Below, one piece after another: positions 55,401 to 64,000 of a stretch of 64,000 nucleotides of DNA. The translations under genes and the position numbers were made by a program. The notes beneath the pieces were generated by a model. That model was not told the DNA's origin, ran no database searches, and was given only the letters and a program-made list of their open reading frames with translations. How positions within the stretch are numbered: the stretch's first letter is position 1; each line of letters begins with the position of its first letter. Source of the DNA: Chrysomallon squamiferum (taxonomy: Eukaryota > Animalia > Mollusca); NCBI GenBank assembly GCA_012295275.1, contig CM022679.1:17856001-17920000 (forward strand), given 5' to 3'.

Positions 55401-56418
55401 TCTTTTGACAGGCATTTTATACATGAGTATATATATATATATAATAAGAATAAATAATTAGCTGTATGGATGGATGGATGGATGCAGTGTATGAGAGTGT
55501 ATATATGAAGATCATATCTATATATGTCAGTCATGTTTTTAAAACAAAATTTCAATGTTTCCTTACATCTACAATACATGGTCATTCAGATGTCCCACTA
55601 CAATTTTAAATTTTAATTATACGTAAATGGCTTTGTGGATTTGAACAAAATTAGTCATGAACTTTCTACAGACTACTAAAATTTGTCCCATAATGAAAAA
55701 AATCCCTCTTCTGTTTTCTTAGGCTCCCTAGACTTCAGCGTGAGCACCTTCTTTTTCAAGACACATTGCCCACCTGTTCAAGCATTCCTCTCCAACTCCT
55801 GTCAGCATCTGCTTTGTAACAAGACAGCAGGCATTCCTTACACATTCCTCTAACTCTTCAACACTTCTGGGCTTTGATGCACAGACTTTGCTTTTCAGGA
55901 AGCCCCACAGAAAGAAATCTGGAGGACGTGGCACCCACTCCAGAAGAGGAGCACCATCTTGTTGGAAAAAACAATCACATTATGCTAAATCAGTTCACAA
56001 TTTCTTGAATCACAAGTTCCCTGATAGATGGTAGGTCGTTTCTGGATAATTGTACTGGGTATTTAATTAAAACAATTACTAATGCATTGCTGGAATTGGC
56101 ACCACTTTCTCCAGATTTGACACCCTGTGACTTCTTTCTGTGGGGCTTCCTGAAAAGCAAAGCTCAGGAGTGTTGAAGAGTTAGAGGAATGTATAAGGAA
56201 TGTCTGCAATCTTGTTACAAGACTAATTTTGTTCAAATCGATAAAGCCGTTTTCATTTAATTAAAATTTAAGATATCGCAGGACTTTTGCATGACCCTGT
56301 GTATGTTGTAAAGCAATTATAAGTACATATTTATAAAAAGTACTTTTATAATAGTTTTTTTTTGGGGGGGGGTGTTTTTTCAGCGCAAGGTTTTGAAAGA
56401 ACTCACTGGTTTTTGTGA
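43548..56418 (+). CDS. Spliced gene, 20 coding exons, 446 aa: RUN + PDZ + PTB(PID) domain protein (LOC417372-like uncharacterised family)
   Basis: Exons 43548-43584, 44029-44136, 47771-47831, 48394-48445, 48913-49020, 49288-49336, 49766-49824, 50245-50280, 50780-50832, 51007-51067, 51588-51659, 52117-52173, 52667-52869, 53217-53262, 53570-53638, 53889-53948, 54384-54466, 54889-54955, 55297-55321, 56384-56418. All introns are GT-AG and all phases are compatible, giving 1341 nt from ATG to TGA with no internal stop. Protein: MSVSHPLLKILKGTLLDIHREKIAILDSNPKLVPLCKAIEDIFRCGLTGNNSWFSRTDYWTWISKITDCPSPILEQVIGYTKCCQKTLTVEGKGRLFIRASLVKKTLDHIIHIITHDIQLMQTWYNPAKSILSNDILCEILLSLVREINCIPFKLVLKNASFLDITWTMPVYREFEFVPCDVLGIHFQEVNGYLLVVDVDSDSVAGEDNKIRPGDILDDMFGEGLKGGKKGKVQDLFNHYKGLPVYAGFVKAIDADGNIYRPIVKLLKMIDIDPEFVLKDVLVDKAQEENQTDSNKKPPHALLPQDKTDEIPVHGPEGRASYSVIYLGEAFLGADGRVDRIEDAVEAVINTSNKVPKPVVLETLETGIVLSDRETQKVILSNSFTEISACGRRTDYMQHFAFISGETTCNMAQHFTCHVFHSSSADEAKIILCAIAQGFERTHWFL*. 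RUN motifs: LCxAIExIFxxGL, YW, GRxFIRxxL, WY. PDZ motifs: VLGIHF, IRPGDIL. PTB motifs: YLG, FAFI, CHVF, IxxAIxQGF. Family assignment is from motif recall, not a search. Confidence 0.9.
44029..44136 (+). CDS. coding exon 2 (RUN: GTLLDIHREK...LCKAIEDIFRCGLT)
   Basis: Acceptor tttgctatag, donor gttggt, RUN block A motif. Confidence 0.88.
44433..44630. repeat. ~200-bp imperfect palindrome (foldback or MITE-like) in intron 2
   Basis: Arm tttatttattgatttatttatgtattt..agtcagtgcattagtgaataattactgagatctgtggttttgaa pairs with ttcaaaaccactgatcttagtaacaattcactaattcagtgact..aaatatataaataaatcaataaataaa. Confidence 0.85.
45180..45300 (+). mobile_element. Probable Tc1-like transposase remnant in intron 2
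   Basis: gacctgaacctatccaaaaactgtgggaacaattg reads DLN(P)IQKLWEQL with one frameshift, resembling SPDLNPIENLW. Confidence 0.4.
47771..47831 (+). CDS. coding exon 3 (GNNSWFSRTDYWTWISKITD)
   Basis: Acceptor catttttag, donor gtatga, RUN 'YW' motif. Confidence 0.85.
48394..48445 (+). CDS. coding exon 4 (CPSPILEQVIGYTKCCQK)
   Basis: Acceptor ttcattgcag, donor gtaaat, phase fits both neighbours. Confidence 0.82.
48913..49020 (+). CDS. coding exon 5 (RUN: TLTVEGKGRLFIRASL...)
   Basis: Acceptor tatttcag, donor gtctgg, GRxFIRxxL RUN motif. Confidence 0.9.
49288..49336 (+). CDS. coding exon 6 (TWYNPAKSILSNDILC)
   Basis: Acceptor ttctgtgcag, donor gtaagt. Confidence 0.88.
49766..49824 (+). CDS. coding exon 7 (EILLSLVREINCIPFKLVLK)
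   Basis: Acceptor tttttctcag, donor gtatga, end of RUN domain. Confidence 0.88.
50245..50280 (+). CDS. coding exon 8 (NASFLDITWTMP)
   Basis: Acceptor ttctgcag, donor gtaagt. Confidence 0.88.
50780..50832 (+). CDS. coding exon 9 (PDZ start: VYREFEFVPCDVLGIHF)
   Basis: Acceptor cattttag, donor gtgagt. Confidence 0.88.
51007..51067 (+). CDS. coding exon 10 (QEVNGYLLVVDVDSDSVAGED)
   Basis: Acceptor atttcag, donor gtaaga. Confidence 0.88.
51588..51659 (+). CDS. coding exon 11 (NKIRPGDILDDMFGEGLKGGKKGK)
   Basis: Acceptor tatcacag, donor gtgaga, PDZ 'IxPGDIL' motif. Confidence 0.9.
52117..52173 (+). CDS. coding exon 12 (VQDLFNHYKGLPVYAGFVK)
   Basis: Acceptor atttacag, donor gtaagt. Confidence 0.87.
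52667..52869 (+). CDS. coding exon 13 (PDZ-PTB linker, AIDADGNIYRP...PVHGPEG)
   Basis: Acceptor aattacag, donor gtatct, 203 nt open. Confidence 0.87.
53217..53262 (+). CDS. coding exon 14 (PTB start: RASYSVIYLGEAFLGA)
   Basis: Long polypyrimidine tract then cag, donor gtaagt, PTB 'YLG' motif. Confidence 0.9.
53570..53638 (+). CDS. coding exon 15 (DGRVDRIEDAVEAVINTSNKVPK)
   Basis: Acceptor tttgtacag, donor gtaaaa. Confidence 0.88.
53889..53948 (+). CDS. coding exon 16 (PVVLETLETGIVLSDRETQK)
   Basis: Acceptor cattgtag, donor gtaagc. Confidence 0.88.
54384..54466 (+). CDS. coding exon 17 (VILSNSFTEISACGRRTDYMQHFAFIS)
   Basis: Acceptor gttttcag, donor gtaatg, PTB 'IS.C' and 'FAFI' motifs. Confidence 0.9.
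54889..54955 (+). CDS. coding exon 18 (GETTCNMAQHFTCHVFHSSSADE)
   Basis: Acceptor ttatttag, donor gtaaat, PTB 'CHVF' motif. Confidence 0.9.
55297..55321 (+). CDS. coding exon 19, 25-nt microexon (AKIILCAI)
   Basis: Acceptor acttttag, donor gtaagt, PTB C-terminal helix. Confidence 0.85.
55577..56299. mobile_element. Rearranged Tc1/mariner element in the last intron: two oppositely oriented transposase 3' ends between ~80-bp TIRs
   Basis: TIRs at 55577-55656 and 56221-56299, TA at the left flank. Minus copy reads PDFFLWGFLKSKV...RSVEELEECVRNAC. Plus copy reads FLNHKFPDRW...SPDLTPCDFFLWGFLKSK. Confidence 0.85.
56384..56418 (+). CDS. coding exon 20, terminal (AQGFERTHWFL*)
   Basis: Acceptor gttttttcag. 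Completes the PTB helix 'IAQGF'. Stop TGA at 56416-56418. Confidence 0.85.
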
Positions 56419-56579
56419 TGATGTTCTGGACAACTTATAAGTTGAATATTTCTGATGTTTTAAGTCCTGTTAGCTGGTGTTTATTTACCACACACATGTT
56501 GCAGTGAACCTGTTGATATGTGCCTATATGAGTGAAAAATGGCTTAGCTCCAATTTAAGAATTATTTAAAATGTATAGA

Positions 56580-56622
<43 letters not shown>

Positions 56623-58464
56623 GTATGTATACTGTACTTGACATTCATTGTAGTTTATAATATATATCATAGTTTATCATAATATATATTAGTACTTCAT
56701 AGTTTAGTTCAATATCGTTTTCTGTGATAAAAATGTTTTTCTTGCAAATTATTTTATCAGTGGAATGCTTTTATCTACATTATATTTTGGTTTCAGTAAA
56801 AAAAGATATATTCTTTTTGTTTTCAAAATTAACTCTTTTTTTTTTTAACATTTACTAAAAATAATATTATTAGAATTCATTTGTTTATTAATTAATAGGT
56901 AGGTTGTATTCAGTTTTAATATAATAATTAAAGAAAGTAAATTATGACATCCACTGAAGATATATATTTAACTGGTAACCATCTTAAGTTTTTATATTAA
57001 GATATTAGTTTTATGCTGTGAAGTTAAGACTGTTTGAATTGCAGCAAGATTATGCTGATCTGAATTTGAACTGAGCAGGAAAAAGCTAATATCTTAAGAT
57101 GTTAACCAGTAGGGGAATTTTAAGTCTGTTATTTATTTCGTGCATTGCTACATATACAGATTATACAATATATCCATAAAATTAGAAGAAATAGATTTAA
57201 TATTTATTAATTAATACATCATATTAAATATTTACTAACTATCATATATGTTATTTTTGCACTGTTTACAAGTAAATTATTATAAAAGTTGTCTGTGAGT
57301 ATTGTTGAAGTATAAGTATTATATTTATTCAAATGTTAACTTACCACTAGAGTAAACTCAGCTGCAGAACTATTTTATATTCTTATTGTTTTTCTTTATA
57401 TATTCTGTCATTGTTTTACTTAGCTTTACTGAAATATATGGTTTAAGTGGAGCTTTTTTTTTTTTTTTTTATGGGTTTTACTTTTCTTTGAAATATTATT
57501 TTACAGCATACAAATAATGACTAATTAATGAGTGCAGTAGATCTGTATGCAGTCTACCTTCAAATTAATTTTAATTATAAGTAGCTATCCATATGCTAGT
57601 CTGCTCTTATTCTTTTCTATATTAAAGAAAACAAACACAGTATGAAAGGCAAGAATATTAAAGAATAAAAAAGTAAGGTTGTAATTCAGTAACAAACTAT
57701 TGTACTTTTTCTTTTTCATTTCTTTTTTTTTTAAATTCAGTTTTAGTTTTAACTTTTGCAAATGAAAAAAAAAAAATAGTGAGTGATGAACTGATTTTGT
57801 AAAAAACATTATATGCAGGAAAATCTGTTAATAATAGATGTTAATCTCCAATCCTGTTCATATGCATTAATGCTAAACGGAGATAATAAAATACAACACA
57901 AAATCATTCCACATGCTTTCAATTAATATTGCAACTAGTTATTTATATTTCATATATCTTGATAATCTTTATACTGCTTTTCTTTAATTTTTGCATTATA
58001 TCTTAATGCATTTTTAGTAGGAATGAAACTTTGTCTAATTTTACTAATAAAATTATTTTCCAATCTTAAAAATATTTAATTTAAATAAGTAGTCTCTCAT
58101 TTTCTTTTTATTATTATTTTTTTCTTATATGCATACATTATTTATAAATGAGTATAAAAATCAGTGTAAGAATGTGCATCTTATTCATATTTAGCAGTAT
58201 GCTAGATCACTGCACTGTATGATTGTATTAACTACACATAATGTTTATGTACAAAAGCTGAAATAATCTGGGAAAATTTTGTTTTGAATCAATTATTTCT
58301 CTTTCTGATAGAATCATTCCTTTTCAAACTGTATTCTGTTAACATGGCATGTATTATCGTAATTGATTATATATTATTTAATCACAGAATCTATTCAGTG
58401 TTGTCTGTTTTGAAATTTAATACTATAGGAAATAGGTAAGTTTGCAAAATGAACAGAGCTGTAA

Positions 58465-58503
<39 letters not shown>

Positions 58504-58902
58504 TAGAAAATAACAAGGTGATGTTTGGCAACCTGTATTATGAATATTTATTTATTGAAAATGTAAACTCAAAATCATTACATAGGGGACACCACTCACC
58601 AGATTCCAAAAAAAGAAAGAATTTCTTCGAACATATTTATTATCTCATTTTATGTGTGTGAGAAGCACTAGGGTGGGCAAATTGTTAAATTATTATGTAA
58701 AAATATAGTGCTTGTAATAATATATGAAATTTAATGTTCTTATTAAAAACATTTAAAGTGTAATTTTCATAGTTTGGGCACCTATGGCTTAAGTAGATTA
58801 TACTTTATGTTCCTGTGAGTCTTTCTGCCTCATCTAAATATTTATTATATATAATATATAGTCTTAGATATATACTTTATATAAAGCCTAAATATATATT
58901 TG

Positions 58903-58908
58903 AATAAA
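58903..58908 (+). terminator. Candidate polyadenylation signal (implies a 3' UTR of about 2.5 kb)
   Basis: AATAAA followed about 15 nt later by GU-rich gtgtggttggattt. Other AATAAA copies exist nearby. Confidence 0.4.
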
Positions 58909-59261
58909 ACTTATTTAACAAAGTGTGGTTGGATTTAGTTATTTTTCTTAATAATCTCATCCTTATAAAACATTTACCTCACAAATTAATTCCTCAGTTC
59001 GCTTTTAGTTTCATAAAGTCTTTTGAATACTTTTTTTTTTTTTAATAGTTCATTCTATGTCCTAATATAATGTCTCTAGGTGTATTTGAATAAAATAAAT
59101 AATAAAACAAAAAATATTGGTGTTGGTTGTTTGAACAAGGGCACAGTTTCAGTGCTTGCCATAGGCACCATTTCCCATAGATATACCCCTGATGCTAGGC
59201 ACTGTGCCACAGTCCAAAACTGGGGCAGTACAAAAAGCTAATTCACTGAATCAGTATGGTG

Positions 59262-59680
59262 TGTGACCACCATTAGCTTTAATACAGGTTTGGTGCTGAC
59301 AACACATAGACAAAACTAAATGGTTGAAAAAAACTTGTGGCATGCTGTTCCATATCCCAATCAAAGCTTGTTGCAACTTGGCATATGTTACTAGCTGATT
59401 CTGGTTACAATGTAAACATTTCATTTCACTCCTGATGTAGTCGGCTGGTTACAGGTCTGGAGAAACAGGCAGCCAGGAAGTTAGAACACATGCAATATCT
59501 AGGCAATTGTAGTCCTGCTTTGATCTGTTATGTACCTGTGCTTGAGCAAAACGATAGGAATGATGTCATTTTTGGTAGCATACAAGAGGCAAATTGCCAT
59601 TAATAATGGGTCCATCAATAAGATGAAATGCCACCCCATACCATCAGACTTCCACTTCCAAATGGCTGACATTGATTGAT
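59262..59680 (-). mobile_element. Tc1-like transposase remnant
   Basis: Minus strand encodes GSGSLMVWGGIS and C-terminal LQQALIGIWNSMPQ...CIKANGGHTPY*. Frameshifted. Confidence 0.75.
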
Positions 59681-60482
59681 GCAATTTTATTTTTTATCTG
59701 GTTTCTGGCAAGATGATACTCACACATTGTTTTTGAAAATGAAAAACACACAATGTTGCTTAAATATATGCAAGTCTGATAAATGCATCTTTAACAGAAT
59801 ACAAAAGTTATATAATTGGTGTTGGGCAATATTCATAAACTACAGAATTTTTAATATAATTTATTCTTGTATTTTCAACTTACTGTTTATTAAATTGTAA
59901 TCACATGGAAATAGTGTGATAAGAAACTACAATCCTAATTTTTTGGTGTGTGTTCATAAAGTACCCTCACATAAAACTACACTAGTTATCTTGATTATAC
60001 CTTTAATTTATGTGCCTGACTTTACAACATGATAGACAATAATAATACATAATAGATGATAGTATTGCAGAGAATTGGCCCAAATGTCTTTCTCCCTTGC
60101 CAGATATTCTTTTTTTCTTGACCCAGTCACACTGATAACACCTTATATCCCTGACCAATACTGGCAAACCATTACTGTCAGTGGTTTACTTAAGTTAACT
60201 CCAGTGACAGTGTTTACCATATATTAATGTCTCAAGTGTCTTCGAGGAATTTCCCAAGAACTTTCAGTATAAACAAAGAGAAATAACCTCAGACTTGTTA
60301 ATGGTGTTTATGTATCTACAGATTATGTTTGGCGCATTTAGTTCAGTCCCTCACACACACAAATTAAGATATATAAATTAATATTTAATGATCACTCAGT
60401 AAATAAAATAATAAACTTTGTCAGTTGCAGCTAAATGAGATGTTTTATATAAAACAAAATGCAGTCATGCACCTTTGCAAAT

Positions 60483-63400
60483 TTTATTCTGAAAACAATT
60501 TGGAGAACATTCAAAATGGTCTTTGGAATAAAGGAAGATGTTTTGCTAAAAAAAAAAAAAAAAAAAAAAAAATAACATACACAAAAAGACAAATTTGTTG
60601 AGATCTATGAAAAAAAAAAAAAACATTTGTGTCTAAATTCTGTTTTATGTAATATTATTCTTATTACAATTCATAATGTTTTACATTTTTATTTCGATGT
60701 TTTTTTATATTGTATGAATAAAGCATATAAAATGAATGCTACAAGCAACAGAACTAAGACAAGATCATAAGTCAGCAGTAGATTTTGGTTTACATACAAG
60801 TAGACATTGAAGAAAAATTAAATTAACCAGATGTAAATTTATAATTTGTTTTGTAATATGTCAGTGGAGAAAATAAAAATGTATCACAAATCACGACTGT
60901 TGCTAAACAATATCAGTGCTTTATAAAAATACTGTCCCTATTCCATAATGTGGCTCACATATACACTAATTAGGGACTGAACATTTCTACATTTACAGTG
61001 CTTGTTTGAAAAACTCAATGCATAGGTGTGCATGCAAATCCAGATCTTTTGCTGAAAATGGATCCATATCTTTTCTTTTTAATGTTCACAAAATGTAAAA
61101 TAATGTATATAATCTTCTAAACTGGTATTTCATCCATACATATTAGTTGACAAAAAATTCCATGCAAATAAATTGTTTAAAGTATATCAGAGTTCCAGCA
61201 AACTGATTATATTTGTTGACAGATAAAATAATGTACATGGAGACATACATATGTAATCAAAGCTTAAACTATGGCTATTGATTCTTCTTAATATCTTATA
61301 ATATAGAAAATAAATAAACAAAAATATATTACTATTAAACCTGAAGGTTAGAATTCTACCAAGGTTTGCACTAATTTTAAAACCACAATGTGTGTAGTAA
61401 TAACTTTGGATGATCTCAATTTTATTTGACACAGTGATGTCATAGTTCCTGTTATTTTATATCTAAATTGATATTTTTCTGATATGTATTCTGCTCTAAA
61501 TGATTTTACCCAGCAGTTAACATGATCAGTTTTCCTCCCAAACATACACTGATTATAACGGAGATTCTTGCAAATGAATAAACAATTCATTCATACTGAT
61601 GAACTGCAAACAAAATATGTATTGATTGTTTTTCATTGAAAATATTGCACTTATGATCAATTCAAAATGCAATGAACTTGTACAATGCAAAACAAAATCA
61701 GTTTAAAATATTATTCAAATCTATTATACCCATTGTAAGAAAGTACACACATTGAAAGATTAAAACAGTTTAATTTCTTACATGCAAGTCAACAAATTTT
61801 CAGTTACAAAATGGAAATTCAGTAACACAAGTTCATCCCAAATATATTTGTTAGTCATCATTAAAAGAAAGTTGTATATAGAGGATTTCCTGATTAATTA
61901 CATGAAACTGGCAGGCAAACTATTCTGCAAGTTCATTACACATACCCATATATACAAGTAAGCAACTTTAGATCATAGGCAACTGTAAATCTTAACATTA
62001 ACTTTATAAAAAAAAAGAAAAAAAAAGGTTTTTAATGAGATTATATCATAAAAAAATAATAATAATAATAAAGAAAAATAAACGTTATTTTAATAATAAT
62101 AATGTTGATAAATATTAATCTCAAATACTTTAAAAAAATAGATTCAACAAAATCAGCACTATTATTTGTAAAGAGATACTTTAGTGTGTTTTTGTTACAG
62201 ACTGAACATGATCAACACAGAGATCAGTTTTATTTCCACTTGCACACAAGTGTCTAATATATTTGAATCATTAAACTATTAATCAAAATCGTATGAAGGA
62301 AACATTATAAATGATTATCAAAATAATTGTATGCATATGACAAAGTTTTATTACACATAATTAAACTGTAATATAAACATATTTTGAACCATTTCTCTTT
62401 ACAAAAATTTACAGCTGGCTTTATCAAATTAATATCTTTGATATAATAATAAAAATACTGGGAAAATCCTATTTTAGGACAGAAAATAAAAAATATCAAA
62501 ATAAATCAAAATAAATATATTGGCCTGCCAAACAAAGGACACAACTCATACATTTCTTTGTACATGATCTGCAGATTTGTAGTTTCCAGAATTGTTGCAC
62601 ATTCTAACTTGTTTACTTACATTTTGTTTTCTGTAATAAAAGATGATTATTATTAAAATGTACTGCAGAGGTATGAATGAACTGTCTAAAAAAACTTTTT
62701 GTGTTTACACTTTATTATTTTGATTGTTTGAATGACATAATCATTAGTAACAAATTATGACAACAAAATAATATTGCTACAAAATATCTGAATGTCATCA
62801 TTTAATATCCATCAACTGGATTAAGGTGTTGGCAATGACATCATGTACAGGGCAGACTTGATACCTGTATAGCTATTTTGTTTTTAAGTATACTTTTTTC
62901 TTATACATCATCAATTAAAACTGGATGGCAAAATCTGAAGAAAAAAAAACAACCTGGAAGTATGCAGGACACATTCAGAAAAATGTGCAAAATTTTTATC
63001 TGAAATTATATTAATAGCATTTATTTTTTTGGTTCACACTCTGCAGTTATATCATTAACATTCACATACATTTTCTTTTGGTTTTTTTTGATAATTTCTT
63101 ATGTGGAAAGAGTTAAACTGCCATAAATTTAAACAAAAAGAAAAAAAGTAAAGTAACAAGAATATTTGTCTAAAGGCATATGGACATGTTGGTTCAAAAA
63201 TCATATTTATTTACAAGACTGGAAGTAGTAGGCAATATGTGTATGTGAACATCTGCATTTTACTAAAGTATTCACTTATACATCATTTAAGTTACAGCAA
63301 ATACAACAGAGGTAATAGAAGAAATGACTGTTATTTATTTAATCATCTCCCTTCATGTATTAAGTTGGATAAATGTCCCTAAAGGGTTTTTCATGTGGAT

Positions 63401-64000
63401 AACTGAGTGAAATAAATATTATTTTAAATATCAAACATTTGGAACAAAAGGTGACATAAAAAAATTCAGTGGGGATGGAAGATAATAAAAAAAGAAACCA
63501 TTGCATTGATATTAAAGATGAAGACCACACACTCTTGGATTACATGATGTTACTGAAATATTTTACAGTAATTTATAATCAACAGCTTTTGTGATATAAA
63601 ATATTAATAAGATACTTCAGGAAAGTTTATAAATCAACATAAACAATCCTCATTTACCAACAGGAAAAGCAATTTCTTTGTAAACAAAGCTTACAAATAA
63701 ACAAGCAAACAAATTCATCTCTGTTGTCAACACTCTTTATAAATATCTGTAAAAACTACATGAATCTCAAACACATAATATAATACTTAAAGCAACTTTA
63801 AATAATATATAAACATTACATTAGTCTGTTAAAAATAATAATAATAAAAAATCCAAAAGATTCTACTGTATCATGAATGAAACACATATTAAGCGAGTAG
63901 ATGAATATTAAAATCTAATGCTGAAAAAAGAGAGACAGTCATTTTGTTCTCTTGACATTATTTCAACATGATACATCTGTCTTACAAAATATGGTAGTGT
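60483..64000 (-). other. Probable 3' UTR of a convergent neighbouring gene outside the window
   Basis: The + strand shifts from T-rich to A-rich and stays CpG-depleted. Minus-strand AATAAA at 60483-60488 with U-rich sequence downstream. No coding exon seen. Confidence 0.35.

Overview
Eukaryotic (animal) genomic DNA, very AT-rich and full of (AAT)n, (AC)n and (AG)n microsatellites. The style suggests an invertebrate, possibly a mollusc or cephalopod, but this is inference only. Almost all ORF-track entries are low-complexity artefacts. By hand-splicing GT-AG exons I recover one complete + strand gene (CDS 43548-56418, 20 small coding exons, 1341 nt, 446 aa) that the ORF track misses. It encodes a RUN-PDZ-PTB adaptor resembling the uncharacterised LOC417372-type family. 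The rest is largely DNA-transposon debris: two internally deleted Tigger/pogo elements plus a fragment, an 861-bp FLYWCH Mutator-type element with a 9-bp TSD, a decayed MULE transposase, several Tc1/mariner remnants and a RecQ-like helicase motif fragment. CpG content drops sharply at about 42 kb. The gene's introns hold three inverted-repeat structures, one apparently a templated, inverted copy of intron 16 inside a transposon in intron 19. I cannot demonstrate a new biological system. The best leads are the function-unknown RUN-PDZ-PTB protein and its intronic dsRNA architecture.
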